Below are positions 53,592 through 62,878 of a stretch of 64,000 nt of DNA, one piece after another. Source of the stretch: Desulfobacterales bacterium (GTDB lineage Bacteria; Desulfobacterota; Desulfobacteria; Desulfobacterales; JAFDDL01); assembly GCA_040235505.1 (NCBI GenBank), contig JBECKW010000017.1:8139-72138 (forward strand), written 5' to 3'. Under the pieces are notes generated by a model. That model was not told the DNA's origin, searched no databases, and saw nothing but the letters and a program-made list of their open reading frames with translations. Positions within the stretch are counted from its first letter, which is position 1, and every line of letters begins with the position of its first letter. The translations under genes were made by a program, and so were the position numbers.

Positions 53592-55016
53592 TTATTTTCC
53601 GATACAAAACCGGCTGAAAACCACATCCATCACATCCGCTTTGACCGATTCTCCGGTTATTTCATCAAGTGCATCCATTGCCCCCCGCAGATCGATGGCG
53701 ATTAATTCCTTCGGCAGATTTTGTTTGAGGCCTTCCTGTGCGGCGGAGATGTCCTGGTGTGCTCTTTCAAGCAATTTGTTTTGTCTCAAGTTCGGCACAA
53801 TGCCACCTTCACAATCCGCTCCGTCCTCGGTTCCAAAACGATAAATCTGCTTCTTCAGATCTTCGATACCCTGATCAAACTTTACAGATGTGTATAGCGT
53901 GGCAAAAAAATGCCACCCTTTCGGGATATCGATAACCGGATTCCCCTTCACGAGATCCTTTTTATTAATCACGAGAATTTTCTCTTTTCCTTGAATCTTT
54001 CCGTAAAGCGCATGGTCCTCTTCAAGAAAGCCCTTTTCCGCTTCCACCATAAAAAGCACAAGATCCGCGGACTCCGCCATCTCCCGGGTTCTCTCGATAC
54101 CAATCCGCTCCACCGGGTCCGTTGTATCACGCCAACCGGCGGTGTCAATGAGAACAACCGGCAGACCGGACATGTTTAGGGTTTCCTCTATGCTGTCCCG
54201 GGTTGTACCTGGAAAATCCGTTACGATGGCCCGATCCTTTCGTAGAAACCGGTTCAGGAGGCTTGATTTTCCGACATTTGCCTTTCCGATAATGGCAAGC
54301 CTCAGCCCTTCGCGAATTAAATGACCGCTACGATATCCTTCCAGAAGTCCTTCCAGGGAAGCTTGGATCTCATGCATCCAATTTTGATAAAGCTCCTCGC
54401 TTTGAACATCATCTTCGATATCGTCCGGAAATTCGATCTCTGCTTCGATCATTGCCTGGATATTCAGAATTCGTTCCTTGATTTTTTTTGCAGCGTTTCC
54501 CACCGCACCTTCGAGTTGTCTCGTTGCGATCTTAAGGGAACTCTCGGTTTTTGCCTGAATGATGTCAATTACGGCCTCTGCCTGGGAAAGATCTATCCTT
54601 CCATTCAGATAGGCCCGTTTAGTAAATTCCCCGGGTTCCGCCATACGGGCGCCGGCAATCAGGACCTGTTCAAGAATCGATCTGAGCACCACTGTGCCGG
54701 CATGGGCTTGTATCTCTACGACGTCGTCCCCTGTATAGGACTTTGGTTTCGGCATAAACACCAACAGCACCTCGTCCAAAAAGCCCTTTTGGTCGGGTGC
54801 TGAAATGTGTCCGTGGTACATTCTGCGGGGTGAAAAGGGATCTGAGGGGTTTTCGGTTAAAAGCGTCTCTTTCTTATCCGCTGTAATCCGGGTCGGTGTG
54901 AAGATCTTTCCTGCGATGCTTGCGGCTTCCGGTCCTGAAATTCTGATAACGCCGATGCCACCAACCCCCATCGGCGTGGATATTGCTGCAATGGTATCAC
55001 TTTTTTCAATGATCAA
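53592..55016 (-). CDS. mnmE: tRNA uridine-5-carboxymethylaminomethyl modification GTPase MnmE
   Basis: 474 aa. Contains DTIAAISTPMGVGGIGVIRISG and the G-domain motifs GKANVGKSSLLN and DTAG. The C-terminus is FCIGK. Confidence 0.93.
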   Translation of the reverse strand: MIIEKSDTIAAISTPMGVGGIGVIRISGPEAASIAGKIFTPTRITADKKETLLTENPSDPFSPRRMYHGHISAPDQKGFLDEVLLVFMPKPKSYTGDDVVEIQAHAGTVVLRSILEQVLIAGARMAEPGEFTKRAYLNGRIDLSQAEAVIDIIQAKTESSLKIATRQLEGAVGNAAKKIKERILNIQAMIEAEIEFPDDIEDDVQSEELYQNWMHEIQASLEGLLEGYRSGHLIREGLRLAIIGKANVGKSSLLNRFLRKDRAIVTDFPGTTRDSIEETLNMSGLPVVLIDTAGWRDTTDPVERIGIERTREMAESADLVLFMVEAEKGFLEEDHALYGKIQGKEKILVINKKDLVKGNPVIDIPKGWHFFATLYTSVKFDQGIEDLKKQIYRFGTEDGADCEGGIVPNLRQNKLLERAHQDISAAQEGLKQNLPKELIAIDLRGAMDALDEITGESVKADVMDVVFSRFCIGK

Positions 55017-55803
55017 CCGGTGGATCCTTCCGAGGCTTTTTCTCGTTTCCCTTTTTAGGAAAAATAACGAGCTTGCGATAAAACCCTGAACCCATACTTT
55101 GGGTTCGCACGTCTTTTTCCTCCTTCAGACAGAGGTGAACGATTTTACGATCATAGACATTCAGCTCTCCAACGGTTACCGGTTTTCCGGTCTTTTTCAC
55201 CTTTTCCGCTAAATGTATCGCTCGTTGTTCCAGGTTGGTCCTTTTATTTTCCAGGTACCCGGCCACATCGATCTGAAGCCGGATTCTTTTTTCACTGTTT
55301 TTGTTGACGACCCGATCTACAAGGTATTGGATGGCTTCAAGCGTCTGCCCTCTTTTTCCGATGATCAGAGCCGATTTTCCTCCCTCCACATGAAACACAA
55401 GGCCTTCTTCATTTTGTTCCATTCTAACGGTGGCACCGTCTGTTATTTTATCCACGATTCTTTGAATAATCGTCCGACCTATTTCGACGGCATGCGTATC
55501 ATCGATAAGTGTCTTTTCTTGGAGCACCGGTGCAGGCGTGGGGTTCGAAACCTCCGTTTCCTCCCTTTCCTTTTCTTCTTTGATTTTTTTGGGTGCTTCG
55601 TTTTTTACTTGCTTAGCTTTAGGAGGAACTTTATCCCCTTTTGATGTAATAACGCGAATCTTAGCCTTTTTAGCGCCCACCAGGCCGAAAATTCCCGTGG
55701 AGCCATAAGATATCACTTCGTACTTCAGAGTTTCCTCAGGAACTTTCAGCACCTTTGCGGCCCTTTTTACAACGGCCTTCAAATTCTTGTCTTCAAATTC
55801 CAT
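55006..55803 (-). CDS. jag: Jag-family RNA-binding protein (Jag_N + KH + R3H)
   Basis: I chose the start at MEFEDK (55803), after the yidC stop. Has the KH-like block GKRGQTLEAIQYLV and the R3H-like block LNVYDRKIVHLCLKE. Sits in the canonical yidC-jag-mnmE order. Confidence 0.8.
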   Translation of the reverse strand: MEFEDKNLKAVVKRAAKVLKVPEETLKYEVISYGSTGIFGLVGAKKAKIRVITSKGDKVPPKAKQVKNEAPKKIKEEKEREETEVSNPTPAPVLQEKTLIDDTHAVEIGRTIIQRIVDKITDGATVRMEQNEEGLVFHVEGGKSALIIGKRGQTLEAIQYLVDRVVNKNSEKRIRLQIDVAGYLENKRTNLEQRAIHLAEKVKKTGKPVTVGELNVYDRKIVHLCLKEEKDVRTQSMGSGFYRKLVIFPKKGNEKKPRKDPPVDH

Positions 55804-55825
55804 GCTGGGTGCCAAGCCTCCAAAT

Positions 55826-57487
55826 TTAAGTAGTTTTTTTAGTAACATAATATTGCTGTATGATGGAAATAACGTTGCTCACGAACCAGTATAAAACGAG
55901 TCCGGATGATAGATTTACACAGATGACAATGAAAAACAGCGGCATGAACATCATCATTTTTGCCTGTGACGGATCCCCCATGGGTGGTTGCATCTTCTGC
56001 TGAACGAACATGGTCACACCCATGAGAATGGTAAGAACCGGAATCCCATAAGGCGCGTGCATGAAAGGAATGTGGAATCCGAAGTGACCCAGCCGTTCCG
56101 GCGCGGATAAATCGTTAATCCAACCGATGAACGGTTTATGCCGAAGTTCCACCGCCTGATACAGCATCTCATATAATCCGAATAAAACCGGGAACTGTAC
56201 CAGCATCGGCAAACATCCTCCGAGAGGGTTTACCTTATAGGTCTTATAAAGCGACATCATCTCCATATTCATCTTCTGCTTGTCGTCTTTATATCGTTCC
56301 CTTATTTCCGCCATGAGCGGCTGCATTTTTTTCATCTGACTCATGGACTTGTAGCTTTTGTTTCCCAGTGGCCAGAGGATGCCTTTGATGATCAGGGTCA
56401 ACAGGATAATGGCAACCCCATAGTTGGGGATGAACCGGTAAATCAGATTCATGATCCACAGACAGGGCCGCGCAATGAAGTCAAAAAAGCCGAAGTTTGT
56501 CACCTTCTCCAACTGATGACCCATCTTTTTAAGGATGGAAATGCTCTTAGGCCCGAAATATACGTTATAGTTGTAAGCTGCACTTGAATCGGGCGCAATG
56601 GTCGATACGGGCATCAACACCCGACTCTCAATAAAGGTGTCGTCTCCTTCCAGAAGGAATTTTACCGAGGTATTCTCAGGTTTGGAGGGAATAATGGTGG
56701 ACATGAAATATTGTTCCTGATACGCAGCCCAGGAAATATTGCCATTGAAACTGTTCTGATCTGAAAGTTTTTTAGGTTTAATCTTTTCTAGCTTGTTGTC
56801 CACCATGACGCTGGGCCCGCTAAATCCATATCGGCTGCTCGTTTTCTCCACTATATCGATCATGGAGAGGGTGAGCTGATCCCGGATCGCGGATGCAGAT
56901 TGGTTTTTCACCGTTACATCAACACCGATCAGATAGGTGTCCGGAGAGAAAACGTAGGATTTTTCGATGATCACGCCGCGTTTTGATCTCCATTGGAATG
57001 TGACCTTTTTAGATTCTTTAAGGACCTCAAGGTCCTTTGTTTCGGCTTGGCAGGTGTAAACTGCTTCCTTCATACCCGGGACGCTTTGGTCTTCAAAACC
57101 GGAAAGAAGGGTTCCTTCCTTGTTTTCCGGATTGATCAGCTCTTTTAAAGGTGAATCCTTTTCAACAGTTTCTTTGTAATCTTTGAGCTTGAAGCTTTGA
57201 AACGCAGCTCCCTTTTCATTAATTCTTACCACATACAGAGGCGTGTCTATCGTAATAATTTCAGGTAGTTTCTGCTCTTCCACCTCTTCAGTCGCGTTTT
57301 CGGTCGCCGGTGTTTCTTTAGGTGCGAGCGTCGTTTCCGGTGCTTTTTCGTTCGTCTGCACCTTCTGGGTCACATTGGTTTCGGCAACCTCCTGTTTCTG
57401 TGGCGTTTTTTTCACGAAATACACCTGCCACAGCAGAAGAATGATAAATGACAAAACAATTGCCACCAATATTCTAGTTTGCTCCAT
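55826..57487 (-). CDS. yidC: Membrane protein insertase YidC
   Basis: 553 aa with an N-terminal TM, a large periplasmic domain and a conserved C-terminal core (GCLPMLVQFPVLFGLY, ILPILMG-like LTILMGVTMFVQQKM). Confidence 0.93.
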   Translation of the reverse strand: MEQTRILVAIVLSFIILLLWQVYFVKKTPQKQEVAETNVTQKVQTNEKAPETTLAPKETPATENATEEVEEQKLPEIITIDTPLYVVRINEKGAAFQSFKLKDYKETVEKDSPLKELINPENKEGTLLSGFEDQSVPGMKEAVYTCQAETKDLEVLKESKKVTFQWRSKRGVIIEKSYVFSPDTYLIGVDVTVKNQSASAIRDQLTLSMIDIVEKTSSRYGFSGPSVMVDNKLEKIKPKKLSDQNSFNGNISWAAYQEQYFMSTIIPSKPENTSVKFLLEGDDTFIESRVLMPVSTIAPDSSAAYNYNVYFGPKSISILKKMGHQLEKVTNFGFFDFIARPCLWIMNLIYRFIPNYGVAIILLTLIIKGILWPLGNKSYKSMSQMKKMQPLMAEIRERYKDDKQKMNMEMMSLYKTYKVNPLGGCLPMLVQFPVLFGLYEMLYQAVELRHKPFIGWINDLSAPERLGHFGFHIPFMHAPYGIPVLTILMGVTMFVQQKMQPPMGDPSQAKMMMFMPLFFIVICVNLSSGLVLYWFVSNVISIIQQYYVTKKTT

Positions 57488-57715
57488 TAATGTTGTTCTC
57501 CTCTTCCATTCGGAAAAATCTGCAACCTACAAGAACGTCAAGGCCTTGTTCAGGGAAAACGCATCATCGGTCGTCTTTAAGGGGATCGGTTTTCGGGGTG
57601 TCAAAGAAAAGGTGGCGTCTATTTCTTTGTTTGAAAACGTATTCGGCTTTTCAGCAGTCGGAACAGGCACATGGATGGCTTTTACCATCTTCTTTTCATC
57701 CGCCCCGCCTTAAGG

Positions 57716-57940
57716 TTAAGGTACGGGGTCCACCCCACCCGGGTGAAAAGGATGACATTTCAGCAGTCTTTTTCCAGACAAGAAAATACCTTTGATAGCC
57801 CCGTGCCGACGAATGGCCTCATATGCATATTCTGAACAAGAAGGATAAAATCGACAGGCAGGCCCTAAAACAGGTGATATCGTTATCTGATAGACACGAA
57901 TCGCCCCGAGAAGCACTTTTATGAAAGGCGCCCTGATCAT
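57716..57940 (-). CDS. yidD: Membrane protein insertion efficiency factor YidD
   Basis: 74 aa. Contains [31 protein letters not shown] and [19 protein letters not shown]. Confidence 0.85.
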   Translation of the reverse strand: MIRAPFIKVLLGAIRVYQITISPVLGPACRFYPSCSEYAYEAIRRHGAIKGIFLSGKRLLKCHPFHPGGVDPVP

Positions 57941-58320
57941 TATTGAGCTTTTTCCCTTATCTTGCAGAATATGTTTTGAAGAGACTCATATGCCTCTGCT
58001 GACGGTATGCCGGAAGCTTGCATTTTGACGATAATATTTATATCGATTGCGCTTGGTATACTTTGACGATGATGTCTGAAAAACTCCCGTACGTACCGCT
58101 TCAGCCGGTTGCGGATCACCGCGTTGCCCACCCTTTTGGTAACCGTAATCCCCAGTCTCGTTCGTTCGGTGCCGCTTCCTTGATAAAGCGCTACGAAATT
58201 CCGGTTGCTGACCTTTTGGTTTGTTTGAGACAGCCGAACGAAATCCGATCTTTTTAAAATACGATGCTCTTTTTTAAATGTTTGATTTCCCGATCGATTC
58301 GACTCCTGATCTTTTTTCAT
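57940..58320 (-). CDS. rnpA: Ribonuclease P protein component
   Basis: 126 aa and basic. Has [25 protein letters not shown] (the RNR motif). Lies between rpmH and yidD. Confidence 0.85.
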   Translation of the reverse strand: MKKDQESNRSGNQTFKKEHRILKRSDFVRLSQTNQKVSNRNFVALYQGSGTERTRLGITVTKRVGNAVIRNRLKRYVREFFRHHRQSIPSAIDINIIVKMQASGIPSAEAYESLQNIFCKIREKAQ

Positions 58321-58368
58321 ACGACACCGTTTTTTTGAGAAGTCATCTCGCGGGCCCTTCTTCCTTGA

Positions 58369-58503
58369 TTAGGCGGAAAGCCGTTTTCGACCCTTTGCAC
58401 GTCGCCGGTTGATAATCCTTCTTCCGGCCTTTGTGGACATGCGCTTCAAAAAGCCGTGATTGCGCGCTCGTTTAATCCTGCTCGGTTGATATGTTCGTTT
58501 CAT
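58369..58503 (-). CDS. rpmH: 50S ribosomal protein L34
   Basis: Not in the ORF track (44 aa). Reverse translation gives [44 protein letters not shown]. Confidence 0.92.
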   Translation of the reverse strand: MKRTYQPSRIKRARNHGFLKRMSTKAGRRIINRRRAKGRKRLSA

Positions 58504-58592
58504 TTTTTGACCCTTTTTCCTAGTTTATCTGGTTATCTTTGTGTTTATAACAAATGTGGAAAAAAATCATAAATCCGCTCCCAAGTCAACCC

Positions 58593-58613
58593 AAAAATAG
58601 CAGGAAGCCCTGC
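58593..58613 (-). terminator. Intrinsic terminator after the RNase G gene
   Basis: Minus strand reads GCAGG-gctt-CCTGC followed by TATTTTT. Confidence 0.5.
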
Positions 58614-58657
58614 AATATATTACTCTTTTTTACCCGCTTTTCATATTTTGTTTTTCC

Positions 58658-60202
58658 CTAAGTCTCTTTCAGAGTCTCAAAAACATCAAACTGTTCCAGA
58701 TGATAGGTTTCTTCAGGATAAATGATCACCCTTTTTCCGAGTTTTTTTTCGATGCTGACGATCAAATGATTTTCTTCACCGTGAAGCTGTTCGGCAATTA
58801 TCGGGTTCACATGGATGGCAAAATGGCTCCCCATGAAATCAGCGGCCTGTCTTATTATTTCCCTGTTAATATTGTAACAAATCGTTTTCTTGGACATCAA
58901 ATACCCTTGACCCTCGCAATAAAAACACGGCTCACATAGCGTTCGGGTCAAAGGTTCCCGAATTCTTTTCCGGGTCATCTGAACAAGGCCCAGTTCTGAT
59001 ATGGGCAGAACGTTTGTTTTGCTCTTGTCCTTTTGGAGCGCTTCCTGCAGCGCATTGAACACTTTTTCCTGATTTGTCTTTTTTTCCATATCGATAAAAT
59101 CGATGATGATGATGCCGCCGATATCCCGAAGCCGAATCTGATAGGCAATTTCCCTGACGGCTTCCAGATTGGTCTTTAGTATGGTTTCTTCGAGGTTGTG
59201 CTTTCCGACATACCGTCCTGTGTTGACATCGATTGCCAGCAAGGCCTCGGTATGGTCCAGCACGATGTAACCGCCTGATTTCAACCATATTTTTCTGTTC
59301 AAAGCCCGGCTGATATCCCCTTCCAGGTTGTAGGCGTCGAAAATTGGCTCCGCTCCCTCATAGAGTGATACGGACCCTTTAAGATTCGGCATGAACCCTT
59401 CAAGAAAAGTCAGCACGGATTCGTACCGGCTGAGGCTGTCAACAATCACGGTATCTGCCTCATGCGTCAGCAGATCCCGAACCGCCCTAAAGGTGGCACT
59501 GAGTTCCTGATGCAGCAGCGTCGGTGCGGATGCCGTCTGATATTTTATCTGTATGTTTTCCCATAGGTTTTTTAAAAAACCCATTTCGTAGGCGAGCTTT
59601 TCCTGGGACATATTTTCCCCGGCGGTTCGAACAATATATCCCTGTTTGCCCTGGCTTAAGTCCTGGACAATGCTTTTAAGCCTTGATCGCTCCTCCTCAT
59701 CCTCGATTCTTCTTGAAATACCGACTCGACTGGATGTTGGCATCAACACCAGAAATCTTCCCGGAAGCGAAGCGTGCGTGGTCACCCGTGCGCCCTTGGT
59801 CCCCAGCGGGGCTTTGGCAACCTGGACCAGGATTTCCTGCCCTTCCGAAATATAATCTTCAATGCGCAGGGTATCCTCTTCCTCTGGTTCTTGCTCAAAC
59901 CCCTCTCCATTGGGAGGCATGTCATCTTCCAGCGGCTCTTGCCCGTTAAACATTCCGGTTAACTCATCGCCATCCCGGTGGTTCAGGTCACTGGCATGCA
60001 GGAAAGCGGCATGATGAAGTCCGATATCAACAAACGCCGCCTGCATCCCCGGAAGCACCCGTACAACCCGTCCTTTATAAATATTTCCGGCGATTGTGGC
60101 TTCGTCACGCCTTTCCACCAAAAGCTCGGCGATGGTACCGTCTTCCAGCAACGCAACCCGTGTTTCATGGTCGGTTACATTTATAACGAGTTTTTTTTCC
60201 AT
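58658..60202 (-). CDS. rng: Rne/Rng-family ribonuclease (RNase G-like)
   Basis: 514 aa. The S1 domain has NIYKGRVVRVLPGMQAAFVDIG. The DNase-I-like block is ALLAIDVNTGRY. Also contains GGIIIIDFIDM and the Zn-link CEPCFYCEGQG. Confidence 0.88.
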   Translation of the reverse strand: MEKKLVINVTDHETRVALLEDGTIAELLVERRDEATIAGNIYKGRVVRVLPGMQAAFVDIGLHHAAFLHASDLNHRDGDELTGMFNGQEPLEDDMPPNGEGFEQEPEEEDTLRIEDYISEGQEILVQVAKAPLGTKGARVTTHASLPGRFLVLMPTSSRVGISRRIEDEEERSRLKSIVQDLSQGKQGYIVRTAGENMSQEKLAYEMGFLKNLWENIQIKYQTASAPTLLHQELSATFRAVRDLLTHEADTVIVDSLSRYESVLTFLEGFMPNLKGSVSLYEGAEPIFDAYNLEGDISRALNRKIWLKSGGYIVLDHTEALLAIDVNTGRYVGKHNLEETILKTNLEAVREIAYQIRLRDIGGIIIIDFIDMEKKTNQEKVFNALQEALQKDKSKTNVLPISELGLVQMTRKRIREPLTRTLCEPCFYCEGQGYLMSKKTICYNINREIIRQAADFMGSHFAIHVNPIIAEQLHGEENHLIVSIEKKLGKRVIIYPEETYHLEQFDVFETLKET

Positions 60203-60249
60203 TACAGATATTTAATCCATTTGCAGGTAAAATTCCACCAGGAATATTC

Positions 60250-62778
60250 TTAAGCGTATGTGGTTTCCGTTTTAATGATCCGGGCGTCTTTAATGATCTC
60301 CTCGGACAATTGAAATATCCCTTCAAGCACATATCCCGGCCTCAGGACGCTGCCGCCATCCGTCGAAACGACCATTTGGATTTTTTCCGGTGTCACCAGT
60401 TTCAAAAACCGAACCCCTTTTTTCAAATCTGTTTCGATGGTCTTTCCTTTTCGATTCGTTCTCCGAAATATAACTTTTTCTTCTTTCATAAAGCGATTGA
60501 GAAGCTCTTCATTAAATCGTGCCCCCGGCAGTGTTATCTCGTAGGACTCGATTCGGGAAAAGATTCCTTTTGGACGATGGTTGTCCAGCAGGCAGTCCGT
60601 TATCTTCAGCCCCTGGGGAAGTTCGCTGTTTAGTTTTTGAATCACCATGTCCGGTTTGACATGGGCGGGCACCCGCACTCGAAACGACTCCCGCATGCTT
60701 TCATATCCCAGCGGAAGCGGATCATCGAATGATATTTTCGGCATTGGATGAAACCCTTGAGAATAGGCAACGGGTATCTGTACTCGTCGAATCGCCCGAA
60801 GAAAAATATTCATAAGCTCCAGGTGACCGAAAAAACGTGCCTGATCTCGCCGGGAGTAGAACACCGTCATTACCTTATAAAATTCCTGCTGCAAATCTCC
60901 CTTCTCGGAAGAATTCTTCTCGCCAGCTTCATCACTGCTTGAGATCTTCGGACGCATGGTCTTGTGGTCACAAACACCGCACGCGCTGCAAGGGTTTTTT
61001 CGACAATCCAAGGTCAAAGCCTCCTCCTCAGCCTTTTCCCATTCAGTTTTTAAAAAATTCCTTTCAACACGACTGTCGATATGCTCCCAGGGCATCGGTT
61101 CTTCAAGGTCTCTTTTTCGGATGACAAAAAATGCGTCGTCAACACCCGCCTCTTTAATTGCTTCCACCCATTTGTCATACCGAAATTGATCGCTCCATCC
61201 ATCAAAACGACATCCCTTTTCATAGGCCGCCAGTAGTAGTTTCGAAAACCGCCTGTCCCCCCGCGCCCAGAGTCCTTCCAGATAGCTGTTTTCCGGATTC
61301 TGCCATTTAAATTGCAGACCCGGAAGGCGAAGCGCCGTTTTCAAATCCTCTATTCTGTTCCTTGATTCTTCAACGGATAGTTGGCCCGCCCACTGAAAGG
61401 GGGTGTGGGATTTTGGGATAAAGGTGTTGACGCTGACGTTTATTTTTCCTCTTCTTCCTTTGGGACCCCTTATTTTATGGATTTCCTTCACCAGTTCGAC
61501 CAGGGCATCCAGGTCCTCCTGCCGCTCTCCTGGAAGACCGATCATGAAATATAGTTTTATAACCTGCCATCCAAGGCGAAAGGCATCTTCCACCATACTA
61601 AGAATGTCTTCCCGTTCGATGTTCTTGTTGATGACATCCCGAAGCCGCTGGCTTCCCGCCTCCACCGCCATGGTGAACCCGGTTTTTCTTACCTTTTTAA
61701 CGAGAGCCATCATTTCGGGACTCATGGTACCGGCCCTGAGAGACGGAAAGGAAACTGCGATTTTATCCCTTTCACACCGGGCCATGAGTGCCTGCATCAA
61801 CGGCACAATCTGGCTGTAATCCCCGGTGCTCAGAGAAAGCAGCGAGATGTCCTCATATCCGGTGGCTGCCAGGGAACGCTTCGTCAGCGACATCAGTTGG
61901 GAAACGCTCCTCTCCCGTACAGGCCGGTAGATCATTCCGGCCTGACAGAACCTGCACCCCCGGGTGCACCCTCGGGCAACTTCCACCCGAAGCCGGTCAT
62001 GGATCGGTTTTCCAAAGGCAACGATGGGCCGGTCCGGAAAATCCTCCTCCTTCAGTTCTGGAATAATTGCCCGCCGAACAGTCTCCGGCGCGATGCCCCT
62101 GGCGTTCGCTTTGATGCTCAGTCTTTGAAAGCAGGCAGCGTCATATGACGCCTCATAAAAACCGGGAATGTAGACGCCTTCTATTTTTGCCCACCGCTCT
62201 AAGAGTAATGCCTTCCGCCCGCCGTCTTCTTTTTTCCATTGAAGCCATGATCGGGTCAATTCCGGAACCACCCCCTCCCCGTCCCCGATAACCATGGCAT
62301 CAAAAAAATCAGCCATCGGTTCGGGGTTGCTGGTACATGGGCCGCCCGCGATAATTACCGGAGATTCGTCTCCGCGCTCTTTCGCCAGAAAAGGGAGCCC
62401 CGCCAGAGACAGCATCCCGAGAACATTCGTATAGTTCATCTCATACAGAAGGCTGAAGCCGATAATATCGAACCGATTCATGGGGATTTCGGACTCGAGG
62501 CTGGAAAGCGGAAGCCCATACTCCCTCAGTTTCGCCTCCATATCCCTTGCCGGTGCAAACACCCTTTCCGCCATCAGGTCCGGTTCCCGATTGATGAGAT
62601 GATAAAGAATCTGGATACCGAAATGAGACGTTCCGATCTCATAGAGATCCGGAAAGGCCAGTAAAAATTTTAGCTTTACCTGTTTCGGATCCTTTTTTAT
62701 CCGATTGACCTCCGAACCCAGATACCGGCTCGGTAGCTCAACCCGGTGTATGAAATCTTGAATGCTCTCTGGACGCAT
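60250..62778 (-). CDS. B12-binding-domain radical SAM protein (TIGR03960-like) fused to DUF2344 (TIGR03936-like)
   Basis: I chose the start at MRPESIQDF (62778); the ORF track extends to 62838. The radical-SAM CxxxCxxC is ARGCTRGCRFCQAG. The C-terminal third (FYSRRDQARFFGHLELMNIFLRAIRRVQIPVAYSQGFHPMPKISF) is DUF2344-like. Confidence 0.85.
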   Translation of the reverse strand: MRPESIQDFIHRVELPSRYLGSEVNRIKKDPKQVKLKFLLAFPDLYEIGTSHFGIQILYHLINREPDLMAERVFAPARDMEAKLREYGLPLSSLESEIPMNRFDIIGFSLLYEMNYTNVLGMLSLAGLPFLAKERGDESPVIIAGGPCTSNPEPMADFFDAMVIGDGEGVVPELTRSWLQWKKEDGGRKALLLERWAKIEGVYIPGFYEASYDAACFQRLSIKANARGIAPETVRRAIIPELKEEDFPDRPIVAFGKPIHDRLRVEVARGCTRGCRFCQAGMIYRPVRERSVSQLMSLTKRSLAATGYEDISLLSLSTGDYSQIVPLMQALMARCERDKIAVSFPSLRAGTMSPEMMALVKKVRKTGFTMAVEAGSQRLRDVINKNIEREDILSMVEDAFRLGWQVIKLYFMIGLPGERQEDLDALVELVKEIHKIRGPKGRRGKINVSVNTFIPKSHTPFQWAGQLSVEESRNRIEDLKTALRLPGLQFKWQNPENSYLEGLWARGDRRFSKLLLAAYEKGCRFDGWSDQFRYDKWVEAIKEAGVDDAFFVIRKRDLEEPMPWEHIDSRVERNFLKTEWEKAEEEALTLDCRKNPCSACGVCDHKTMRPKISSSDEAGEKNSSEKGDLQQEFYKVMTVFYSRRDQARFFGHLELMNIFLRAIRRVQIPVAYSQGFHPMPKISFDDPLPLGYESMRESFRVRVPAHVKPDMVIQKLNSELPQGLKITDCLLDNHRPKGIFSRIESYEITLPGARFNEELLNRFMKEEKVIFRRTNRKGKTIETDLKKGVRFLKLVTPEKIQMVVSTDGGSVLRPGYVLEGIFQLSEEIIKDARIIKTETTYA

Positions 62779-62878
62779 GGTATGTTCTTTCTGTTGATGC
62801 AATATCTGTTTTGCCTTGGCGGCCCATAAAAATTTCAAATAAATTTTAATTGTATATCGTATTTTGGGAAAAAATAAA

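Noticed and set aside
58504-58657. Possible oriC next to the rpmH-rnpA-yidD-yidC-jag-mnmE cluster. The region is AT-rich, with TGTGGAAAA (one mismatch to a DnaA box) and two TTATC half-sites.
   Set aside because: There is only one near-consensus box, no dnaA/dnaN in the window and no clustered boxes or obvious unwinding-element repeats. The region is adequately explained as the rng terminator plus the rpmH promoter. A GC-skew or DnaA-box scan of the whole genome would settle it.
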